Below, one piece after another: positions 35,745 to 57,015 of a DNA stretch of 64,000 nt (the stretch's first letter is position 1; each line of letters begins with the position of its first letter). The stretch is from Ramazzottius varieornatus. Taxonomy: Eukaryota; Animalia; Tardigrada. The position numbers and the translations under genes were made by a program. The DNA lies in assembly GCA_001949185.1 (NCBI GenBank), contig BDGG01000008.1, forward strand, positions 868,001 to 932,000, written 5' to 3'. Below the pieces are notes generated by a model, which saw nothing but the letters and a program-made list of their open reading frames with translations, had not been told where the DNA came from and made no database searches.

Positions 35745-37377
35745 CTACAGTCCGCCAGTGCGAGATGAGCTGTGCGAAGAACTGTGCTGCTCCGATGACG
35801 ACATCGTGGTTCCACCGCTGACGGTATGTCTGCAAAAGACAAACAAACATGGGCAAAAGTCTAGCTAGGAGAAACACAAAGAGGGAAACTAATGTTCTTA
35901 CCCGGCTGCAGTGTCCATCGTGACTTGGACATCGGTATGCATCTTAGAACGCTCCAACGCATCGTTGGCCAGCTGACGTTCGTGCTCCAAAGCGGCCTTT
36001 GCTCGCTTGGCTTCCAGCTCGATTTCCGCCTTCTGCTTCTCGATGGTACTTCCCACAACTTCCTTGCGGAACCTAAGAGGAGAAAATTCCCAATTAGTAC
36101 GGGAAACTCTGAAATTCTAGAACGATCAGCTCTTCGTCTCAATCAGTACAGAATGACTTACTCGATGTCTCGCTCGTGTTGCTTCTCCAACGCCTTGCGG
36201 ATCTTCTCAGCCTCGTGCTCGGCCTCCTACAAAAGAACAGCTTACAGTTTCGAAAGGAGCACAGGGCAGAATGAGTTTGTAAATACGAAGAGGAACTGAC
36301 CTTGCGGTAGGCTTCCGTCTTCTTTTCCAGGTCCTTGTCAGCATGACGGTTGATGGCCTCCTGTTCACGAGCATATTTCTCCTCATCCCTCATTCGCTTC
36401 TCGCGAGCCTCAGCAGTCTCAACGATGTTGACATCAGCCGACGAGCCAGTGATACGAGCTGCAGAGGCCGTGAAACCCTGTCAAACAGAAAAGACGGAAG
36501 TTAGTTGATAAACGAAACAAACAATCAAGGATCTTCAATTACTCGACGGTACAGTGAGTCAAGGTTGAGATTCAAAATATAAGAAAGTCACTTACTTGAC
36601 CGACGATCTGTTCGGCCATGCCAGATGCTCCGGTGGAGATGATCGGAGGCGCGGTATCGATGACTGGAGCTCGGACCTGAAATTAGAATTCAATACCATC
36701 TTTGAAAGTACCTTGACCCAGGACAATGAGTTCAATGCCGAAGTCAATTTGAATACAATACCTCGGTGTGAGTGTACGAAGTGTTCTTCGAGGCCTCCGT
36801 CGTCATGTGTCCTCCTTCCTGGTGCATGGTTGAAGAGTACTGCGAAGCTCCGGTGACAGCTCCGCCGGTTGAAGAGGACATGTGGGAGGAATGGCTGCTT
36901 GCAGTGGTACCACCGACGCCACCGGTGCGCACCAAGGTGGCATCCGTGGGAGTGAAGTTCTTCAAGTAAAGAAATAATTGCTAGTCACAGCATAGAGCAC
37001 AGTACAGCGTGTAAGGTCAGTGATCACCGAAACCCGACTGTCCAATTGCAAAATCGATAACTGGAAAAAAGCCAGAACCGTATGTGGAAGGAGGAAGGCA
37101 ACTCACCAAAGCGGGATCTCCGTGACCAGTATCGACTCCAACGCGAACTTCCTGCAGACCTTTCTTGTCGTCCACCTTGCGCTAGAAATAACCACAGTTA
37201 GTACCGTAACACCTGAGGCAGCAACGACGAGAAAATGCGAGGAGAAGAAAACGTACTTCCTCGACGCGCTCGAATTTTTGCTGCAAAACAAGAAATGTTC
37301 ATTGTTGATTGATTATGGGAAAGGGAGAACGGCAACATGCTGAAGGACATGGCACTTACTTCGTGGGTATGAGACAT
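35745..37377 (-). CDS. CAHS: Cytosolic-abundant heat-soluble (CAHS) protein, tardigrade-specific disordered protein, 297 aa; 9 coding exons: 37360-37377, 37257-37280, 37107-37181, 36762-36959, 36596-36676, 36301-36477, 36162-36226, 35902-36072, 35745-35829
   Basis: All 8 introns are GT-AG and the spliced ORF is 894 nt. It carries CAHS family blocks [68 protein letters not shown] and [14 protein letters not shown]. No Cys or Trp. Confidence 0.96.
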
Positions 37378-37525
37378 GGTGTAAGAGCTGGGAGACTGTG
37401 CTTGAGGGATTTCCGAACAGGAGGACAGGGAGTGGAGTCCAGAATCTGGGAAGAAACTCAGTAAGGGCGATATGCAAATGGCAGACTAACAACGGAACAA
37501 GGAGAGGAAAACGAAAACATCGGCC

Positions 37526-37533
37526 TTTTTATA
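37526..37533 (-). promoter_or_regulatory. TATA box of the CAHS gene
   Basis: TATAAAAA with GC-rich flanks, about 150 nt upstream of the ATG. Confidence 0.65.
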
Positions 37534-38203
37534 CCGGCACGGCTGATGGGCGTGGTTCAGCCATTTGGTTATTTCCATTCAGAGTTCTTGTACAAAAGGA
37601 GCCACGCTACCAATAGCGACCTCTTATTTCAAACAGCCGTTAACCATTGGCGAAAGTTTCTCCTGGTCAATCCACGCAACACGGTCGACTTCGTACGACT
37701 GAATGCGTTGTTCATCGAATCGATACGGAAAGTCCTGTCTTTTTTAGCTGTTCTCCGTAGGTGGAGTTATCTATGTACAGCAGGCCATCGCGTGCAAGGT
37801 CGAGTGCGCAGTGTTCTACCTCTTGCACATGCCTCCATTGTCAAAGCCGTATCTTCTGGTGTAATGTATGCAGGTCTAGGACGCAAGGTATACTGGTTGA
37901 CGCTTGACACTGGTGAAAATTTTCTTCCAAACAGCTGGGTTTGTCTAATTGTTCTCATACGAAGTCGAAAGTCTTTCAACTCCATTCATGAACTCTGGAT
38001 CTTGATGCTTCCACCTTGTCCGGGGTTCTTGTTGAAGCAAACGAAGGAGCCGTAGTTCGATCCAGCGGAGTCGAGAAGATGCACGCAACAGCATCGACAG
38101 AAGCAAGTACTGTACGGGAGTGAGGTCCAGTTTCCGACAGAAGTGATGCAGCGATATTGTTTCCTTTGAGCACAGACTGGACATTTGTCTCCACCTTGCA
38201 AAG

Positions 38204-47674
<9,471 letters not shown>

Positions 47675-48103
47675 CACAGTGGCCACTCCATCAATCAACG
47701 CATCAGAGACTCTGAGTCTTGATTTGGCAACAAAGGCGGAGCTTACCACAAACTATGACTCACCTGTAACAGTCATTTTCAGGCAAAGGATCCTAAGGAA
47801 CAGTCGCATTATCCATAATCTTACGGAATCATGGAATGTGCTGCATCTCTCTTGACATCCAACACAATCACAGGTTGTCGCTTGTGAGGAGCTATCCCGG
47901 ATCTGGGAGAAGAGGTTTCGGATCGGGAACGCCTGCAGGAACAAGAGGTGCGTGCTGGACAGTTGGACTGGATAAAACCGCGACATTGTGTCTCAGCTGG
48001 GATATCAGTCAATCAAGCGTAGGTGCTCATTCGGATTATGGATATCTTCAATTTATGTTTTCACTTTTCTAGGGTTGTTCTGTCGGGAATCCAAGCTGAA
48101 GAA

Positions 48104-49672
48104 ATGCAGTATAGTGACGCCATCGTTTGTGGTGTTCCGGACAATATCCAGCGTTATGCTACCGGTGGACAGATTGTCGATGTACAGAGGGCCCGGGAAC
48201 AACATCGAGTACGGGGAATCTAACGGAAGTTGTGGATCTGTCTTATGTGGAGATGTCTCTCTGTATTACAGATATACGTGGAGACACTTCGAAAGTTGGG
48301 CATGGATGTCTGGGAACTGGAAGCAGACGAGCAGTCTCCCTCATGTCCGTTTGTAGAAGACACGGCAGTGCTGTGTGGGGATGCAGCCCTTCTTTGTCGA
48401 CCGAGTAGCCAGCGCGAGCAAGAAGTCAAAGTGGTCAAATCTATCCTCTTCCGAGAATTCTCCCACATTGAGCTCATCGAATTCAAAGATTCCCAAGCCA
48501 AACTTGACGGGGCAGACGTCCTGTTCACCGGTACGAAGAATCCATGTGTTGCTCCGCGGTTTGTCACTAACGAAAGGGCTGTTTGCAGGTCGGGAAATTT
48601 TTGTGGGAATTTCTCAGCAGACGAATGAACTGGGCGCGCAACAGGTGGCCAAAGCCTTCCCCGACTACCCTTGTCTAGGTAGGTCACTTGTTCGCCTGAG
48701 TCTCTCTCTCAGGGTGTCCGCATAAACGTGCTGTTTGGGTTACTGTAGCTGTAAGGATGGATTCGGAGAAGAACGTGAACCTGCGTAGTGTCGTATCGAT
48801 GGGAGGATTGAGAGCCATTATCGCGGGCGAAAGCCCACTAGCGAGAAAAATATTACAGGTATGTTCGCCAGCTGAACCTGATTATGCAACAAACTGAGCT
48901 CCAGAAATGGAGGATTTGCGGTTCTGGTTGCAGAAAATCGAGCAGGAAGCCACGTATCGTTATGACATTGTCCACGTCCCGGACGAGATCGGTATGTACG
49001 CGACTGCTAAATGCTAATCAGCCTACGATGCTCTGTACTGACACACTAAAAGACCATCTCAGTTAAATTTTTGATGCCTTGTATGGAGAAATATTGTGCA
49101 CAGTGGAGAAATCGGAGCGCAATTGGAAAGTTAAGGTTTTAAACCTAACATATTCTGCTTGGATTGAGGCTGTAGATAAGCCTATACTGCAGATCAGGCA
49201 GTATCAACAAGAGACTGTCATAAAAGCTTTGATGATTGCAGCCAACTGCCTATTTGTTAATGGTACTCTCCTCCACAAAGCCGGTTATCCCAGCGCAGCC
49301 AAGGTATGTCCGTCCACGTTAATTATTGACTTTGGCGTTTGTGGCCACTCTGTGCAGGCACCACACAGACTTTAATGTCGGTTCGTCATGAGCAAACATG
49401 ACTGCATAGTCTTTCTTTGTTTACAGGTCCTCGCTGATAAACTGCGCTGTCCCAAAGTTAGCTTGGACCTGAGGTGAGTCTAACAACGTGCTGCGCATTC
49501 TTTCACATCGGCATGGCATTGCGGAAGAAGGTTGCTCGGTTTGTCACTGTTTGTGGTTGTTTTTTGTTTTGACAGCGAGTTCGCCAAGCTGGATGGAAAC
49601 ATGACATCGTTCAGCCTGTTGATACCAAAGAGTCACTTTCGTCGGCCTGTTGTAAATCATGCCGATAGTTAG
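48104..49672 (+). CDS. DDAH: Dimethylarginine dimethylaminohydrolase (DDAH)-like protein, 8 coding exons; may have an upstream extension
   Basis: DVQRAREQH..YVETLRKLG, PSCPFVEDTAVLC, LDGADVLFTGREIFVGIS..TN..GA, ANCLFVNG, SEFAKLDG.MTSFSLLI. Confidence 0.9.
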
Positions 49673-50295
49673 CCCTTCTCCCATGAGCGACGAAATTCGA
49701 CCGTAAAAGCGACCAATTGTTTTTTCGATTCGAGTAGACGATAGTGTCATCAGTGCAGCTTTTCTTCTTACCGAACCAGTTACGCCTGTTTTGTAATCTG
49801 GTTGCCTGTTCCATGTTTCCGTTTCCAGTCATTCCTGCCTTTTTCGGTTCTAGACAACGCTTTTCTGGTTTTTATGCATTTTATATCTGGTTTCACTTGG
49901 TACCCTTGCGTGACCGACACTGAATTCATTGATGGAAGGTTTTTTATTGATTCACAATAATTATCACAGAAAGAGAGCGCATATCAAAGTATCCGACAAT
50001 CAGCAGAATGCGAAGGCAGTGCACAGAAAATCTGTGAATATTTTGCCTGTGAATGTGCCTCGACACTGAATCACTAATCAATCACATTTTCTCGCGCTTC
50101 CTCCAAAGGTAAGTTAGATATCACGTAGTGCATAGAGAAGCGAGAACGATTCAGTCGAAGAACTCAAGAGACAACACAAAAGTGAAGTGGCCTCGTATCA
50201 GTAACTGACCGACCACAGGGATGGCTAGATAATGAATATCTTTAATGCCATTCCATTCACCGGGCTAGCTTCTGTACAACGTACTTCCGCTTGCT

Positions 50296-53200
50296 TCACT
50301 GCTGCAAAACCTTTTCGCTCTCGCTGAATGACAAGCTGGTATGCAGCTCTTCCAAGGCTGTACTGATCTGTAATCACGAAAGAAATCGTTTATTCAGAAA
50401 CACGAACGTTCTAACGAACAGCAGTTCCGTATCGAAAGAAAACATCGAGCCAACCTGATGCATGCCGTTGAGGACGTGGATTAATCCTTCGTTGATGTTC
50501 TTTAAGAGGGGAGCGTTCTTGGGCTGGCTGAACTTGTCGATTAGCCAGTACCATTGCTCTGCTTTGACCGTCCGCGGTGGACAGAAGGCACCCTCGGTGC
50601 AAGAAGCGGTACTAGCTGTTGTTTCCCCTGTGCCGAAGGTAAACCAGTCCCATAGCCGCCAGTACAACACCACGTTGACCAACAACAGTATCAAAATCCT
50701 GTAAAATCAAAATTTGATGGTTTGGGATAGAAAGACGGTATACAAGAGCATACTTACACATAGATTAAGCGTTTCATGCGATAATGCTCCGCTCTGGTGA
50801 CGAAGACAGGGTTGTCCGTGGGGTCCTCGAGGTTCACTTGGCTGGCGTCGATTGTCGATGCTGCAAAATGAATGATACCCACGAAGCTAAACCTTTGTTC
50901 GGTGTAGCCCACATGAGTGAACAGTACTTACCTCGTTGCGTGCGTCTTGTATTGAAAGGTGTTATGGAAGCAACACTGGTCAGGCGACTGAGAACAGGCA
51001 TTTCTGCCGTCGAGCGCTTCTTGCTCAGCTTAGTTTTGTCGTCCTCGACCAGGCCGTCCACTGCATCGCCACCTGTTGCCAGCTCGGCTTCGTAAAGGCT
51101 CAGACGGCCCTCTAAACAGGTGAAGCATCATTTTGACAAGCAAACAGGTTATCATCGAAGAGAGTTACAGTGCTGTGGGACGTCAGAAGGAGGGAGTGTG
51201 AAGAGACTTACTGAGGTCGGCCATGTAGTCGCGAAGCTGATCCATGACACTCTTCTCCAGGACGGCCTTGACAGCCCAGTTAACTTTGCGAAAGACGACT
51301 TCGGTGGACACCTTCAGAGAGGAGCTGGCTGGTGCACCAGCTGAGACCACTTTGTACAGCAAATAGTGCGTGACGACCGAAAAGCTATCACCGTAAGGGG
51401 CACCGTGATTCTGCGCCACAGAGTCCACCAGATGCAACCTACCCGTCAGCGACTCTTTCAGTAACGTCTACGACGAACACTCACGCGTTACAGGCAGCTA
51501 GTTCAGTAATCACAAACAACACGAGGATACATAAGAAAGGCCCATGCAAAAATCGATACCAAACTGTAAAAGAGGCCGAAATCATTTTACCTGCCGCTCT
51601 ACGGTTCGAATGGTTTTCGGACCAAGAGAGATGCGGTACTTGACATCGCGGACTTGGCAGTCGGTTGTCGGATCCAAGTTCCACTGTCCAAACTCCGTGT
51701 CCATTATTTTGCGTCTAGCAAACATCTCCTGCAAACCAATACACTCGCTTAACGAACCCCTCTAGCGTACCTACGAAATACGGGCGAAAATGAAGCCTAC
51801 CTTGAGGAGGGTGGATTCAGAAAAGAGGACTAGAAAGAGTCTATCAAAAGGAATGCGAAATTCATGGTCAATGAGCATTTGTCCCTCCAAGCTCGGAATG
51901 AAGAGCGGCGCGTCGGAGGCGTCATCGTCTTCTGCCACAAAGTCTGACCCACTTTCCGACCGATCATCCCCCACCGAGCTGGTACCCGCTTTGACTCCGT
52001 TCTCCATGTCCTCCACAGGAGTGGTGGCCGTCGGAGTGGTGGCCGTCGGAGTAGTCGCCCCGGTGGACTCTGAAGCTGTGCTATGGTGCTTGTCCTTCTT
52101 CCTGGAGGTGGAAGGAGCCACGTCGCCAGCCTGGCCTTCGTCCGAGTCACCCTGTGCGGACCCAGCAATCTCTTCCGGGTAGGAACGCAGATAGGCTGGC
52201 TGGACGTAGTCTTCGTCGTCGCTGGTCAAACCCAGCTCGTCACCATATTGCGAATGGACGAACGACCACATTTCCGCCGTCGTCATCGGCTAGAAAAAAG
52301 ACAGTAAAATGGAAGACCAAAAGGTGATTGCATAAGGTCAAACGAGACGTTCACGATCGTCATCTTGAGCGGCGCAAGCTGCCAGTTGGTAGTAACTGAA
52401 ACATGCGCCACTTGAGCTAAAGCTCTTCGTACGTTCCGTTTGCCGATCTGATAATATATCAAAGGGAAGTTCTTTCTACGTTCAGCTTACACATACCTGT
52501 TCTTTGAGAGCTCCTTGCCAGATACGATACAGGTTAGTGAAGATCTTGTCCCGTTGTCCAAACGAGGTGAAATAATTCTGCTCGCCAGTCTCCGTCGTGT
52601 AACTGAGAGCGTTGGGGATGATCTTGGCTGTCCGCTCTTTGGACAAGGCCGTCACTGTCTTCCATGGCGTGCAGATCTGCGAGAAGAACCAGACATCAGA
52701 CTTAGTTCATAGCGGCTCATTTGGGCTTCATTGGCCCTACCGTAGTCTCCCAAGCCAGAATCTTGGCGTAGAAGCAGATGTGATACTGTGAGACGTAAAG
52801 CCTTCCCTGCACCAAGATATCCTTTTGTAGCGCACATGAATGATCTAACAGGAAGGAGACAGTTCGACGTGAAAGCAACCGTGCTAACTTTAACTCATAG
52901 AATCACCCAGAGGAAACCTCACCGACGAGCAGTCGTTCACTTGCATCCAGTAAAGGAAAAAGTTTTTTGAGTTCCTCACTGCGTTGTTTATAGGTTGGAT
53001 ACAATGACTGCAACAGACACAACACCAGGTCCTGAAGACAACCTTCGAATGATAGTATATAAACGGCTTTACCTGATACCAGCGTCCATGCTTCTTTTTA
53101 TCCGAACCCTTTCCGCTTTTGCCCGTTGAGGAGGAGATCGAGCTAGCATCTGATCCATGCCGATGAAGAGGTGCGGAGAGTGTAATCAACGGTGCTCCGA

Positions 53201-54112
53201 CTGGGGCACTACTGGGAGCGGAAGGTGCATGCTTCTTCTTGGGTAGCTTGGTCGAGACAGACGACGTCCGGAGGCGTTCTGCCGTCTCATGCGCTCCACC
53301 CGTTATGACCGTCTCCTCAATTCTTCCCGACTCTACATGCACATCATTCAGTGATGAAGAGAGGATCTTACCATCGTCCAGCTTTGTATCCGAGCCTGTA
53401 CCACTCATGGACGAGGAGGTTGCATCGACAGTCGTCGTACTGGTGTTACCACTTCTCGATTCCGTATTATTGTCCTTGTGCTGGCTACTCGAACTCGAAC
53501 TTCCGGTTGACGCGGCCTGTTTCATTTTGGTCAGCTCTTCTTCCATCTGGCTTACGCGTTTCTCTGACTCCGAAGGCGGTGAGGTGGATCGACGAAGAAG
53601 CGGATCTGTCACATCTTCTGTTAAGCTGCTGCTGCTACTGCTGATGGACTTTCTCGACACGGAATCAGATACTTCTTTACCTGCACCATCCCTCCCGTTC
53701 TCGGTGACTTCGGAGGTAGTGCTGGAATGCTGTTCAGTGGTTGAGCGTGTAATATCACCTGATGTAACAACAGGCGGAGCTGGCGATAACTCCTCTGCGT
53801 CATGGTTAGAAGTTATGGACGAGGACAACGACGACTCGTTGAGCGACTATCGAACAAACATTTACGATAAGATAATACTACATACAGGTGAGTACTTGGC
53901 TCTCTTACGGGTTAAGCGACAGAATCGTAAGTAATGCTTGGCTAGTTATCACTTATTACCTCCGGCTGCTCGGGGAACTGCCGTTTGCTGTTGTCGACGA
54001 CATTTCCATCCTGCGGGTTCTCGCTAAAGTTAATAGGAAGACTGGTCGAGTTTTCCAGGCTGGTTGGCGTTGTAGTATTCTGCTGAATCTCTGGAGCTTC
54101 CTTGTTATCCAT
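50296..54112 (-). CDS. GRAMD1: GRAMD1/Aster-like ER sterol transporter (GRAM, VASt/StART-like, TM)
   Basis: PTYKQRSEELKKLF, DHSCALQKDILVQGRLYVS, ERTAKIIPNA, WSFVHSQYGDELGLTSDDEDYV, GAPYGDSFSV, and C-terminal TM LLLVNVVLYWRLW. Confidence 0.93.
52333..52450. repeat. Palindromic MITE-like repeat, copy 6 (GRAMD1 intron)
   Basis: TTGAGCGGCGCA...ATGCGCCACTTGAG with degenerate outer arms. Confidence 0.6.
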
Positions 54113-55173
54113 TGTGGGAATGTACGCGAGAACTAGTCTCAGTATCCTGCAAAAGCAGCAAAGAAGCTGATTATGGTTTACACTTTACAGGGCTCAAATC
54201 CAAACCTATCGAATTGCGCATGATGTCACCAAGTTACCGAGAGCTGCAATAAAGACCGCGCTGCGCGCAACAGCCAAAAAGTGACGTAACGCACAAGAGA
54301 ACCAGTACATGACAAATTTCGTGATGAGGATCTACTTACGGTAGGCTTCCTAGTGACCGATCATTTCTCTTTCTTTCTTCGTCTTACTGCCTCCACGCAT
54401 GCTCGGGAAGCATAGGACCAAATATCAACGGATGATGGACGCAAAACAATGCGCGATATCTCAGACAACGCAGCACACTAGAACGACAAAATAGAAAAAT
54501 TAAAAATCACGTGTTTTGTATATTGGTTTCCCAGGAAAAAAGGCGTGGCATCGACGGCCTGATCAAGATAAGCGAATGGCCGAGTGCGCGCGGTTACTGA
54601 GGGGTTGAAGGCACTTTTGTGACTTTAGAGCTGCAGTACTTTGCGTGCTGAAATCAACGGCGTGCCAAAATGCGGCTAGACTCAGCACCCGCCGTAGACT
54701 GATAAAGAACAGCCATGAGTACTTACGCCGAAGTTCGGGAAACCAAGTCGTGATCCGGCGTTTTGCGAAAGAATCGCCTGATCCTATTGGAACAACAGCT
54801 TTCTTTTGCTTTGGTTGAATGGTCGATGACGTAACGAATATTCGCTCCGCCTCGCTATTCACCTGACGCAATCACTCTTGAGCATGTGTCCCAGTCTCCG
54901 GCAACGCAAAGTACAGCAGCTCATCAGTGGTTGGAGCCTTGGAGGGTTTAAGTTAGGTGTGACATGTCACGGTCATGTCACATACCGCGCAATGTCACTA
55001 CACAATCTGAATGTCTTTGTTCCTTAGGCGTTGCTTTCCGCCGCTTGCTGTTCGTGTCGCCGCGGACGATCAGCGGACGCAGAAACCTTCACGGACCCTT
55101 GTCAGTTGTCACGCGCAGGATGGGTCGCCAACCTGGAACTCTATCCAAGGAAATCTGTGGATTCTGGCAACAG

Positions 55174-55202
55174 CAAGCTCGTAAGCTCGTAAGCTCGTAA
55201 GC
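55174..55202 (+). repeat. Short tandem repeat (AAGCTCGT) x3.5
   Basis: AAGCTCGTAAGCTCGTAAGCTCGTAAGC. Confidence 0.85.
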
Positions 55203-57015
55203 ATGTCGGCTACAACTGCTGTTGACGTCCTCTTTTTCTAGAATCGGATAGTGAGATTACGAGAGGTGTTCCGGTCTAGGAGGCTCAGCGCCGCAATTCG
55301 TCCGTCCGCGAGGACTTTCCATTGTTGTTTCCTATGATTAGCGGAAAATGCGCATGCGGGTTACGGGATACTAGAACGTTTTGATATGGCTGGTTAAACT
55401 CCGTTTACAGTGTCTGTGAGCGAGCGTCATCGGTTGCTCATTCTGTTGTCTTCAGATTCGCAACAGCAGGAATCGGTCAAATTTTCGCGTCCTAGCGAAG
55501 CGTAAAGTTTGTTCTTTTTTAATGGGTTTTACTGTTTGCACAGCGCTCTGTAATGACGTTTTATCGCCTCGTCGGGAAATACAGGTTAACCTGATAAGGT
55601 TCTTGGCGAGGAGTCGACATGTCTGGTGTTCAGCGCGCGATACATTACATGTTCTAAGTTGCACAGTTCCCACCGCATCGTTAGCGCGTCGCTTGAACAC
55701 GGGAAACTTTTCAAAGATCAGTCGTATACTTCATCTTAGTACAGTTGCAAGTCCTGTGACTCTTGATCTCGTCACGCTACTTAGCACATTTATTATCTGT
55801 ATTTTATTGTTTCGACCAGCTAGGTTTCCAACAGTCGCGGACAGCGAAACCAGCGCGGCCATTTGCGAGAGTGGGTGCGTGATCTGTTCGCTGGTTCTTT
55901 CTCGTTTCGTCGTCTCACAGAAACTCGCACAGATCTCGAACTGTGAACCGTTTAGTAGACTACGCGAGCATCGAGTCTGTCTGCACCGGTAAGCGCATGG
56001 AATGTTTTTAGAAGCGAACGGAGCCAAGTTAAAAATAGCTCCTGAATCCTGCGCATGCGACATGACGCTCAGGGAATTGATAGGATGATCTCGGTACAGT
56101 ACAAGCAAATTCAGTTGCTGCTTCGTGAATCGTGATCAATCATCCATAAGATATCTCAGACTATTTCTGTCGAGAAAGAAGGATGCGATATCACACCTCT
56201 TCCTGGAGTACTCGATTCTGAGCATCTGGACGGTTGGCTGTAACATGTCGCGATCGTGATACTTAATTAAGATTTCCGTGTGCGCATCTTCGTTCCTCTT
56301 CAAGGGCGGCTGCTGATGCATACAATTCTGTGATGAAGTGAGAATATTCGAACTTTACCTTGCTGAGTTCTGACGGAGCTTCCGCGAGATTTTTCCGACT
56401 TACGTGAATGGTAATGCCGGAAGCTGGTTTGCGAACGCCGAACCTCAAAAGTCAAAGCTGGGATCTGCGTTGTGCTTGTTGGTATGGTATTGTGGCCACT
56501 GGACAAATCAACTCGTCAGCTGGCTGCACCCAGACGCCCTTTTACCATTGGCCCATTCGGGAATCCCAAGCGTTTGGTTTGCCGGTGAAGCCGGCAGGCG
56601 GAGCCAACCAGCTGGTGCCGGTTCATCACTGAATCAGCCAGAAAATCTTTTGCTGTTTTCCTCTCAAAATCCTCCATTAAATTTCGTCCTCCGCGGAAAA
56701 CTGCAAAAAGTCTCTTCCTGAGTGTGTATAGCCTCCTTCCAGGACATAATCGAAACCAAGAGGATCGTCTCTGTTCTTACAGAAGAATCTAGCTTGATGG
56801 TAGACTGCTTTGCTGTCGGAAAAGCCGTTGAAGTTAGTTACCGGTTGACTGCTCATCTTCATCTCTTTATCCCGGTAAGTGTGTGTTCCCTTTTGATTTC
56901 TGGTAGAGCTAGAGACGAAGGGAAGGTGATTGTAATCGCAAAAGTAGAAGGGAACGGTATGGTGTTCTTGCAGGTGAAATAACGTCTTGTCGGGAGTCTA
57001 GCCGCAGCCTCCATC

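Noticed and set aside
512-37377. A functional stress-tolerance cluster (HSC70, sugar transporter, NSE4, CAHS)
   Set aside because: The genes are interleaved with unrelated housekeeping genes in a dense genome, with no shared regulatory motif visible.
52890-53934. Ser/Thr-rich ORF as a Dsup-like or separate disordered protein, and its 231-aa antisense ORF
   Set aside because: It splices in frame into the GRAM domain, so it is the N-terminal region of GRAMD1. The antisense ORF is a shadow.
55400-56900. Short ORFs upstream of the PAM2 gene
   Set aside because: No consistent splice phases or recognisable domains; likely promoter or UTR.
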